Positions 14,101 to 26,100 of a stretch of 64,000 nucleotides of DNA are shown here, piece by piece. Numbering within the stretch: position 1 is the first letter of the stretch; each line of letters opens with the position of its first letter. This stretch comes from Chiloscyllium plagiosum (Eukaryota). The stretch lies in contig NC_057718.1 in assembly GCF_004010195.1 (NCBI RefSeq), positions 45,124,894 through 45,188,893 of the forward strand. The letters are read 5' to 3'. The notes under the pieces are model-generated. The model was given only the letters and a program-made list of their open reading frames with translations. It did not search any database and was not told the DNA's origin. Both the position numbers and the translations under genes were made by a program.

Positions 14101-17100
14101 CTGCTTCGTCCACATCGATGCTTACAGTCAAGAAAGCACACCAACATCTCTACTTCCTCAGAAGGCTAAGGAAATTCACATGTCCACCGTGACTCTTACA
14201 ATTTTTATAAATAGCATCTTATCCGAATGCATCACAGCTTGCAATGGCAATTGCTCTGCCCAAGACCACAAAGAAATCACTGAGAGTTGTAAATGCAGAC
14301 CAATCAATTAAGCAAACCACCCTTCCAACCATTTACTCCGTCTATACTTCTCACTTCCTCAGGAAAGCAGATAACATAATTAAAGACCCATTCCACCCCA
14401 GTTATACTCTCTTCCACCCTCTTCCATTGGGCAGAAGATATAGAAGTTTGAAAACACATACCAACAGATTCAAGAACAGCTTCTTCCCTGCTAATATCAG
14501 ACATATGAATAGACCTCTCATACATGAGAATTGATCTTTCTCTGCACCTTCTCTGTGGCTATAACATTATATTTTATATTCTGTTCTATTATCCTAATGT
14601 ACTTATGCAAAGTATGATTTGTCTAGATAGCATGCAACACAATTTTTTTCATTGTATCTTGGTACATGTGACAATAATAATAAATCAAATCAACAGGGTA
14701 AATCATAATGGAATTATTGCTCTGATCCAAGTTTGGGAGTTAAAGGAACATGGGAACAGCAATATGTCATTCAGTCCTTGACGCAAATTCCATTAATGAG
14801 ATCATTGCTAATCTGTGGCCTATGTCCAAATACCTGACTTTGGCCCATACCTGCTAACAAAAATTTATCTATCTCAGATTTAAATTAACTTCTGATCTAA
14901 TAACAAGTGTGGACTGTGAAAGAGAGTTCCAGATCTCTACCACCCTGTGTATGTAGAACGTATATGCTTTCTAACATCTTTCCTCAATGATCTTACCCTA
15001 ATTTGTAGACTATGCCCCTAGTTTTAGAATCTCCAGTGGAAATAGTTTATTTTTACCTTGTCTTTTCCTGTTAATAGCTTGAAGATTCCAATCAAATCAT
15101 CTGCTAACTTTCTAAATTCTAGAGAAAACAGACTTAATTTATACAATTTCTCCTTATAACTTAATCCTTGAAGTCCAAGTACCATTCTTCTAAAACTACT
15201 ATAGTCCCTCCAAGGACAAGGTATCTAAGATATCTTCCCAAGGTGTGGTGCCAAGATCTGCTGAACAAAAGGAAGCGAGGATAAGACAAAGACAGTTTAT
15301 CTAAACTATAATTTAAAACTGAAATGGAGTTTGGTGTATGTAATGCTACCAATCTGTTAATTGCCTAGTTCAATATGTAATTAACACAAATCTGTTGAAT
15401 GTCTACTTTAAATGTTGCAGTGTACTAGGAATATGAGGAAGAGTTAGCCAAACTTGGTGCACTACAGTGAAAGCACTGGGTGTGTGGGGATTGCTGCATT
15501 GAAGGGGTTGTTTTACACACAAAACATCACCATACAAATTTATAAAGGATTGAGATGAATGTGGTTAGAAATCCAATATACTAGGTTTATAATTTATTTT
15601 ACCAAACATTGAGAGGAATATCTAGTTTATATTGTACTCTTTGGCTAACTATCACAGTTTGAAATGGACACGTGCACAAGTGAAAGACACTCAGAATTTG
15701 TGCACGATAAAAGGCATGGTCAATTTAACCTCTCCTAACGGTGTTCAATTTACATTAAGAGACATATGTTGCATGTGGCCAGATTCCATTATGTTTTACC
15801 TTGCAGATAGCATCCTTAAATGCAACATTGATTTCTTCTTTTGCAGCCTTTATCTTTTTGATTTCCATGTCTTGTGCAGTAAACTGTAATTCCATTTCGA
15901 CCATTTTCTTTTGGTATGACTGTACTTGAACTTCATGCTAACAAATTAAAGACAGCACTTGATAAGGAAATATTTGTCAAATTAAGTATGTACAAAGTAC
16001 TCTGACATTAATACTAATGGCTGATAAAGTAAAATAAAAAAATACTAGCCAACAAGCATTTAATCTCCGAAAAGTCCAAAACATGTCAAATGATAATTAC
16101 AATCAAATTGCAACAAATTTCAATGAATGATTTACACCAGTCTAACTTTGACGACTAATTAGCTAAAAATAAATATTATCTCTCACAAAACCATTTATGC
16201 AATGTTCTATTTAGGAAAAGTATTTTTCTTTTACTATTCTTTCCAACGAAAAACATATTTATTTTCTTAGAGAACTCAGAATTCATCTTCTAAAAGGAAG
16301 CAGCTTGTTCACTTCATTTCAAAGAATGAGAAATAACAACAAAACTGTATGCAGGAGCAATACTATTTCAAAGAATTTCTCAAATAAATACTTAAAATCC
16401 AAGCAATCTGAAACAGCATTTTGATTAGATTAGATTCCCTACAGTGTGGAAACAGGCCCTTCAAACTTAATTCAGATTATTCATGGCTAACTACTAGTCA
16501 GGTATAAGCAGGGAATGAAAACCCCTATAGTATGTCTACATATCACAAGCAAAGAGGCAAAACAATAAACTTTCAGTCTGCATGGCTAAAGAAGAACAAG
16601 TATGAAAGAAGTGTATTCATCTGACAAATGGAAGGCAAGCTTATTGCTGAACCTGCAAAGTTTGAGAGGCATTTTTAAAACCTTGACATCAGTCTATTGC
16701 GTTCAAAGTTTCAGGAACAGCAAATAATTCACTCCCTTGCCGATTCATTCCACAGTGTGGAATGCAGATTCATACTCATTGTATTCAAACAGATAATTTT
16801 AATTCTGGAAGTGAATTAAAATCTTATGCCCGAAGACTACATTCAACAAGTACAGTAATAAGCATAGCCTCTTCATAATGTGCAAGGTTCCCTGGCATCC
16901 CTACCCCAGCTAAGAGAATGGTGTAAAGATTGCCAAGATGATCGCTAATTAGCTATTAATAGACTTGAGGTAGACGATCTTTACCTTGGGACAGCAAGTC
17001 CTGTCTAAGTTGAAAGGCAATTAAAGATCAGCAGCTCCCAAGATTTTCAACAGAATCATGCATGTTGGATCAGAATTTGTACATTTGGAAATCTTGTCAA

Positions 17101-20100
17101 TTGTTAAGATGGCAGGAACCTCTCAGATGGACAGATGATGGTAAACCTCTCAGATGGTAAAGATGATGGACAGCTGAAACTTGAGAGGCCATTAAGGGAC
17201 ACTATTGTATGGAGAAATATAACTTTGGGAGGGGCACTCAGATGGAATCAAGGGGCCCAATTAAGGAGGATAATCCACTGCCCATCATCAGCTCTTGCAG
17301 GGAATCTGCTGGACTATTTCGGTGGGGGCCTCTTCTGCTGTTGGTTGATGCTCCAATCCTTAAAACCTTTTTGACAGGAAAGCATAAAATCCAGACCATA
17401 ACCTATTTCCAACCATGACCCATGCAATTGTACCTTGCAGCTTCTTGCATGGTCAAACAGAAACGTACCCATAAATCAAAAAGATATATGAACACACAAA
17501 TGGTGGACTGAAAGTACCTTGGATCATGCAGTGCTCCTGAGACTCAGGCTTATTTCTAGATTTATTTCTAGATTTCTTACAGTTATTAAGAAATATTTGG
17601 AGGGAGATGGGCCAAGCCCAGGTAGGTGGGGCTAGTTTAGTTTGGGATTGTGTTCGGCATAGACTGGTTGGACCAAAGAGTCTGGTTCTGTGCCATATGA
17701 CTCTATGAGAATAAATATTGGTCTGGAAACAGGGAAAGCTCCCACTTCTCTGAATAGTATCACAAGATCTCATCCTCTCCAACAAAGGACTGAATAGGCC
17801 TCTGAATTAACTTATCTGTGCATAGTTTCCTCCATACTCTACCAAGGTGCCAGCCTGGATTATGTGCTAAGGGTTCAAAATCAAATTTAGATTTGGAGGT
17901 TACTATTGAGCCACAAAAAGAAAAGTACATGTCGGAGAAGAAGGACAATTAAAGACTGGAACACTCTGGCTGTAAATAGAAGAAGGAAGAAATTCGATAA
18001 CATTGACCTTCAACTTCATTATTCTGAAGAAGAGTAGTTTCCAAGTATTATGGTGTCTGGTGGAACAACACAGGGTAAACCCTCCTGCTTAATTTAAAAC
18101 CAGCAACACCAAAAGATTTATCCTATACAGTAATCTGTAAAGAGCGAGTGGCCAAGAACTATTTAAAGTAAAAATTAACTACTTTATTCCTTAAAGTATA
18201 ACAGAAAATAATGAACTAAACACTATTTACAATTCAAAGTTTGTGCGAAGATTTGTAGCTCAGGTGCTCGATGTTGTGGTTCTGTTCGCCGAGCTGGAAG
18301 TTTTTGTTGCAAACGTTTCGTCCGAACACCGAACGGAGAATTCACTACAAGGGTATACAGGAAAGCCACACACACAGACCAAGTCCTAAACTATGAAAGT
18401 AACCACCCCAACACACACAAACGAAGCTGCATCAGGACACTATTCAAAAGGGCCACAACACACTGCAGTACACCAGAACTGCAAAAAGATAAAGAGGAAC
18501 ACCTATACAAGGTATTTGCCAAAAACAGATACCCACGCAACTTCATCAACAGATGCCTAAGAGAAAGACCACGGAACGAGGGCATACCACAACCAAAAGG
18601 ACTAGCCACACTACCATACATCAGCAGCATCACGGAACTGACAGCCAGACTACTGCGACCACTAGGACTCATAACGGCACACAAACCAACAGCCACGCTC
18701 AGACAACAACTCACAAGAACGAAGGACCCGATACCCAACATGAGCAAGACAAATGTAGTGTACAAAATNNNNNNNNNNNNNNNNNNNNNNNNNNNACAGC
18801 TGAAACTGACAACCGGTAGCGGCAGGGACAGACCACTATAAACACCGGAGGAAACATCAAAGAAGCGCTTCGCAGGAGGCTCCCAAGCACTGATGATGTC
18901 GCCTAGCCAGGGGACGAAACGTTTGCAACAAAAACTTCCATCTCGGCGAACAGAACCACAACAACTATTTACAATTTATTTCTATAACTTATCTTTTAGC
19001 TTCCCTTCTATAATACTAGTCCAATAAAACTCCCAATTAAAAATTTACAAAACAACACTTCTTATCTCAAAACCAGGCAGCTGCAGGTTCTTGTCTTCGG
19101 ATCTTCCCGTGTCTTCTTTTCTCCTTGTTAGGAAGTTCTGCGTTACAGGTACTGATCGAAAAGGGACTTTTAAGAGAACTATTTTTACATGCTGGGGCTT
19201 ATCAGTTCTCCTCTCAGCTGTTCAATTTTTCCCAGTCTTATACACCAGAGCATTGGATTGTGTCATTGGCTTTTAAGATTGTCAATATACTCAATTCAAA
19301 CATGATTTGAGTTTGATATATTTCAGATATAATTTAAACTGATTGACCGAATTCGAATTTGTTTTTGTCACCAAGCAACGAACGAATCAAGTGGTTCGAC
19401 TCAGTGTTACATTGTTACCATTTTTGAGTAAACTTGGTGCTGGGTCCGGTAGTTCTGCTGCTTTTAACTCTCTTAAAGGTATACCCACACCTTCATAACC
19501 CTGGAGTCATCTTAAATCATCATTATATTTGGTAGCAACCAATCATTCCTCTCATTACATCTTATAGGACTTTGCTCATACATAATAGTTCACATTTTGA
19601 TTCTGACAGTATTTATGTTCTAAAGGCAATTTGAGATGTTAAGCACTGGGATGATCAGAAAGGGGTTATATTTTGAAAGGTTTCCATCTCTGAACACAAA
19701 ATTAATAGTTTGAGCTTTATCTTAGCACTGAATCTTTTATCAAACCTAATTTGGTGCAATAAGTTACCTGATCCTGTAAATCTTTAAGCACAGCTTGATG
19801 TTCTCCTTGAATGCATTTTAGTCTTTGTTTATGTTCATCTAGTTCCTTTTTTAGGACATCAGTGATCTGTAGTTCATTCTGAAAATATTCAACATCCTTT
19901 TCTAACTTGTATTTTTCTGATTCACAGATTTCTAGCTGCAACTAGAGATAAAATCAATTTTAGAATGGAAAGAATCACATTGAAATCACCATGTCCAAAC
20001 TAACGTCCACATTATTTTCTATTATTATAGCTCATATTTTATTACAAAAAACAATAGGAGTTTTTCTCCTCAATATATCTCTCTGTTACAAAAAAATAGG

Positions 20101-23100
20101 AATGCTGTTCATGTTAAAGACCATGGTCACAAAGCTTTCCTGTTTCCCTAAACGTATGGTGTGGCTAATTTATCATAAAAATAAAGCAGCTTAAAAACAA
20201 AGCACCTGTATTATAATACTTGTGCTCATTTATCTATTTTGAATAGAAACAAATAAATTTGCAAATAGGGCTCAATTTTTACTTCCAAAGTTGGAAAATT
20301 CCTGATTCTCCAAACCCAACTTAGGAGAAAACCACCTGGAAGCTGTGAATTTCACTCTAGGTGAGCAGATGTTTAACAGAAATCGAGCTCACCTCCCCTG
20401 AAAAATAGTGCAGAGGCGGCCATAGCAATGTGAATACTAGATGCATAGAAAAAATCCAATTGAAAGATAAGACAAAAAACAGTCTGTTCACCCTTCATGT
20501 CTCCACATTCTCTATCCATAACAACTCCTGCCCCAACCACATCACTGTCTGTTGTACTCCCCAAGCAAACATATGCCCCTAACCACCCTACAATGACCCC
20601 TCACACCCCCGTGAGAATACATGCCCCTCTGCCCAGTTTTCATGACCCTTATATCAACCTACAGCCAATCATAAACACACTTGCCTTGACATCCTCCATT
20701 GCCAACCCCAGTATCCACCACAGGCATACCTCAGGAGTCATACTGAATTCAAATAAAGTTCTAATTTTTTCTTATAGACAATCAATGATAAAATCTCATT
20801 CATTACATTCAAATGATTTAAACTACCTAATCCCTTTCAAAATCACACATTTCATTCAAGTACATAATTTTTTATCAGAATATAAAAATGTATATAAACA
20901 CTTGCACTCATAACCCCGCATATAAAAACTTTTGAACAATCAAACTGTGAACTGACAGACACCAAACCTTAATAATGATAATCAGTTATGAAGCACAAAA
21001 CCTTTAAAAATCTTTCAGATTTATGCCAACAGTGTTAAAGCAAGCACTTGTTTTTATTTTAAAATTGCAGATGCTTCAATTTAAAGGGAATTTAAACAGC
21101 TTGATAGCTTAAATAGTTTATCCACTCTTTACACTTTCATATCTACTTTTAACAATCCAAAAAGGGAGTTAACTTGTCTCAAAGGTATTCCTGATCCCTT
21201 ATCTGTTTAAAAGGATACCCACTTCCCAAAGAACTCCAATAAGTTAGATCTTCTCCTGAAAGGTATAAAGCTTAAGTTACATTACAGAAAACTGGGTGAC
21301 AAAAATAACATTTGAGTGAAGACATTTTCCACACCATCTTTGTGTGAGAGACTTTGAGTGAGCACTGTAGCATTAAATACCAGAATGAACTTGCAAATAA
21401 ACAATCTTATCGCTCTAAACACACAAAAAGTTTGCTGCTGGTTCTCCAATTGTCCTCACATGGGGTTTAAAAACGTGAGCACTTTCCTTTCAAAAGATTA
21501 TTAATTATAGACAGTTTGGAAATTGGATGAGAATTTTCTCTCATCCTATCTACAATAGTGTAGCTAAATAGCTTCACATAACATATATTTGGAACTTTTA
21601 TGCTCCATGGTTTTCCATGGTTAGCAGCTTCAGTGAACTATGGATGTGCAAAGTACAACTCAATTACAGTCTCCTCCGCCCTTCTACAGGGAAATTAGTG
21701 GATGCTGAGTTTGGGGATGAGACTTTTGAAATGGGGCCATGTTAGAGAACCTCTTGAGCCAAAAATACTTTTGTTCTTATGCCCAATAAAGACATCATAT
21801 TCCAAATTTTCAATGAACAAACTTAACTAATGTGGATTTCTTGAAATTGACATTTCCTTTAACAAATGGACAATGAGCTGTAAAGAAGGAGTGAGATTAG
21901 AAATTTCTTCACTCAGAGTAGTGAGCCTGGGGAATTCTCTGCAGAGGAATCTGCTAAGGCCAAAACATTGAATGTTTTCAAGAAGGAATTAGATATAGTT
22001 CCTCAGGCTACAGTGATCAAAGGGAATAAAAGTGTGAACAGAAATCCAAGGTGAATAATCAGCCACAATCATACTGAATGATGGGGCAAGCTTGAAGACC
22101 TAAATGGCCTACTCCTATTCTCTGTTTCTATGGTAATCGAAGGTATTTAAAAACTGACTCACCGTCCAACAGAAAAATTCAACATCTGAAATGAAAAGAT
22201 ATTAACCACACATATTCTGAAAACATGAAAAAACATTCCCAAATTGAATGGGTCTCCTTTGAAACAAAGGATGTGATCAACATAATGTCCCTTGGGATGT
22301 GTCTGTAAAACAAAATGTGGCTAATCAACCAAATACCTCACTATATTTGAGAAAGAAACTGAAGTTGTGAGAAGTCACATAATAAGGAAGCTATGTTTGT
22401 CCCTTTTCAATCTTTAAAGGCTGACTGCAGAACATAAGATATGGCAAGAGCAGAAAGGCATCTGTTCTTCCTTTATGGGTCCACTAATCCAGCAAATTGA
22501 CCCCAGTATAAATACTACAAGCAACTAACTTTATGACCTGCAGAAAGTCCATCCCTTCGAGAGAATCCTGAAACGAATTTGGAATGCGACTTCAGCTGTT
22601 GAATTCACCTAAACTACGCTTTAGGAATGAAGGCGTCTTCGTCATCAGGCCTGCAACATGTGTTTTCCAGAATAAGAAAATCATGTGAATAATTAACTAT
22701 TCTTTTGCTGATAACCTGTAAAAACACAATATTCTCACCAACTGCACTCTCTTTGTGTGTGAGACTTTGAGTGAGCACTGTAGTATTAAATGCCAGAATG
22801 AACTTGCAAATAAACAATCTTATAGCTCTAAACACAAAAAGTTTGCTGCTGGTTCTCAAATTATCCTCACATGGGGTTTACAAACATGAGCACTTTTCTT
22901 TCAAAAGATTATTAATTATAGACAGTTTGGAAGAGAATAGGAGTTTCAGCAATTTTCTCTCATCCTATCTGCAATAGTGTAGCTAAATAGTTTCACATAA
23001 AATATATTTGGAACTTTTAAGCTTTTTGCTGATTGAAATCGTAAAAACTTTGACCTTTGGCAAATGAGAAATTCTTGGACTTTTTCTTATACTGAACCTT

Positions 23101-26100
23101 AATGCTTTCTGTCTGATTCCTGAATTCTTCAAGTTGTGCTGAGATCAAATTCTTCTCTGCATCAAATTCCTGCTGCATTTTCTGAACCTTTTCACTGGCC
23201 ACGGACAAATCATCTTGCAGCTTACGGTTATTCTCTGTAAGATCATGAACCTACAAGACACGTTGGTTCATTATTAAACTAATGTTGTAGCATTTCAAAA
23301 AGATTATTGATTGGATTTCCAAGTGATAATATATTAATGACACAAAAGGTTAACTTGGAAAGGATGATCTGCACCAATATTAAAATTGTTGAGAAAGGAT
23401 ATATTTTGTTGAAGACATGCTGTTTGATATGGCACTTATTTAAGTGATGGCCAAAATGTTATTTTGGTTTGGCAAGACCATTCTGTTAGTTGTGAACACC
23501 TCTTATGTTGCTTCTGCCTGGTGGCATTGTGAAACGGTTAACTTCACCACTGATCAAATTTCAAATCACTAGGCATCTACTAACATCGATATTACCAGGG
23601 CAGAATATTTAGACAATCAGATTGGAGAGTTATCACAGATAAGTAACAGGAAGTACAAAGATCCAAAAACTTTTAATTTACACCAATTTTACAGAAGCTA
23701 AACCAAGAGGACTTCATATCAGAGACTGAAATATCATAACTTAAAAATATTATGAAGACTGCCTGTTTTATTTTGATGTATGCTTGAGATCTGAAATGGG
23801 GAAAGGGGCTTTAAAAACCAAAGATTGTGGAAGTGATTGCTGTACTTCTTAAAAGTAAGCTACCAGCACTCATAAGCACTGTTTATAGCATTGTTTGCTT
23901 TACCAATGGGGATGTTTAGCTGCAGGCAAACTGACACCAGAAGGTGTATACAAAGTGAGATTCGGCCAGCAACTAATAGCTGATTGGTCTCCGGTGCAGC
24001 GACCAATTATTCATGCCAAAGGCTTTCCGCCTGCCCATAACTATGCGATTGACTCCAAGGCGACTGAACAGCTTGTGGGTATTAATAGTATATACAGAAT
24101 CCTTTGGACCATCAACAGGGGAGGTGGTGCTTTTTTCTGAGCAGTAAAATACATCTAAAACCTGAGGAAAGCTAGTTTATTCTCCTTCACCAGTTGCTGT
24201 ATGCTGTTGCTTTTAAGCAATAAACAAGGAGCTTTATATATTGTTAATCAGTCATCTGTGCTTCCTGCAAGCAAGTGAAAGTACATAGAAAAGAGAGACC
24301 ATGGAGCGGCATGTCCTGGCAAGCCGAAAGGATCGCCTCAGCAAACCCTGTGGACAGAGACGATTGAACCAGCTTCCCAAACTTTCCCTCCATCCATTAC
24401 ACCAATTTATTTTGCGTGTATCTGTAATGAGTGTGTATCCGGAGTTTTAAAAGATAAATAGACTTTTACCAGTAGAGTTATAGTTCATATTTGTTCACCT
24501 ATACCTAGAATCTATTTTCAATAGTAATTTTTGTTAAATACAGAATCCTGACTGTGCTTTTTGTCAACCTGAGTCTAAAAAGAGATGTCATTTGAGAAAT
24601 TTTGGGCATTTTGATAAGATTTTTTATTCCTGCAGGAATATCGGCCTTGATTTCCAGCATGCTACTCCAATTATTTGTGATAATATTAAAAATAACAGGA
24701 TTAATCTAATGGAAAAAATATGGCATTTCACAGTATATAATTAGTTTTCCAGGGCAAACAGGATATACAGGACCAGTTATTAGTCAGTATATTATTAACC
24801 TAATAAACCTGTTTGTAGATGTTATTGCACACCCTCTAAAGCAGGTGGAACTTGAACATAGGTGTCCTGGTTCAGAGGTTGAGACACAACCACTGTGTCA
24901 CAAGAGCCCCACTTTAATAGGGTATCCTGTGAAGGAGTAGGGGAAAAATGAGCAGACATTTTTTGATTTCCACATTTAACTGTAACGTGGAACACAGAAG
25001 CAACTGTCAGTCTTACAAGGCAATGACGGCAAGTGGCAACAGTTTTGCAGACAATTTAAATATCTGGGCTAATAAATTCCTGTTCCCATTCTAAAAACCA
25101 GCAAATTAGAAAACATATAAAACTAATTCCTTAATCTTTGCCTGTCATATAGAGAAAATTAAGACTTAAAAACAGGTGAAGAAAAGGATGAATGAACTTC
25201 TTTTATATTTCACAAAACAGTTAAATGGGAACATTGACTGTATTGATCTATTTTGCATAAGGTCAATAATGGCATTGGATTTTTTATGTTCACTCATGGT
25301 TAAAAAGTAAACTATGTTACAAACTGCAGATTCCATTTTCACATAGTCAGGGAATAACAAATGATCTCATGCATCTCTCAAAATTATTTTAGTTGGTTGT
25401 AACAGCATGGGTTGGAACTTACCATTTTCTTTTAAACTGTAGGATAACATGTTAAGTGGCGAGTAACATGCCACTCCAAACTGGTGAGGTAACGCAGAGT
25501 GTCTGCCATTCAGCTCACTAAAACAATTGAGGGTGAGAATCTCACCCAATCACAGGCCTTTACACTATTGACCAGCAATAAAAAGATAGATTTTGTTTTC
25601 TTCTTGTGGGGCAGGGTATGGAGATAGGGGGTTTTGAGCAAGGGAAGGCAAATGGCTTTCAGAAACCATTCCTTTGTCAGCCATCATGTCTCCAATTGAT
25701 CCCAGATTAGGGCAATGGGAGACCCTCCAGCAAATCAGTAAACAGGTTACCATAATTTCTCAGTTAGGAAGTCAGCTGATGGAGGTAGCATGTTGAAGCC
25801 CTTAATTGCGAGTAAAAGAAAGCTAGCCATGGACCTTCTTTTTGATCTCACAGAGGTAGCTAGAAGGGGTTGAGTTTCCAGGGCACAGGCGAACAATTAT
25901 CTCCCCTTCTCATCATTTCTAGCAAGGGGAAAATCTGTCCATTAAGTACTCAGCTACCTAGATGCCCTTTCTAAATTTCCACCACTAACCTGTGTTCTTT
26001 CTCTTTCTCCCCTTTTAAAAACTACACTAATAAATTAATGATCATAGGGGTACAGAGTATATTTCCCAGTGTCTAAATGATATGGGCAGGGGTACCCCAG

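Larger units (their letters stand above)
18235..18963 (+). mobile_element. Penelope-like element, second family, 5'-truncated with an inverted tail copy at its 5' end
   Basis: Plus frame reads [31 protein letters not shown]...LPYI; 18236..18323 is the inverted tail; 13-bp TSD actatttacaatt at 18222..18234 and 18964..18976. Confidence 0.9.
18046..19500 (-). mobile_element. Probable solo LTR (about 0.7 kb net) interrupted by a Penelope insertion
   Basis: Termini tattatg...cataacc look like decayed TGTTATG...CATAACA inverted ends; no clear TSD. Confidence 0.45.

Noticed and set aside
20497..20913. 138-aa Pro/Thr/His-rich ORF (similar case at 61862..62329)
   Set aside because: Low-complexity C/A-rich intronic sequence with no splice or homology support.
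23400..24690. Possible solo LTR or ERV remnant
   Set aside because: Composition is suggestive, but no clear TG...CA termini or TSD could be identified.
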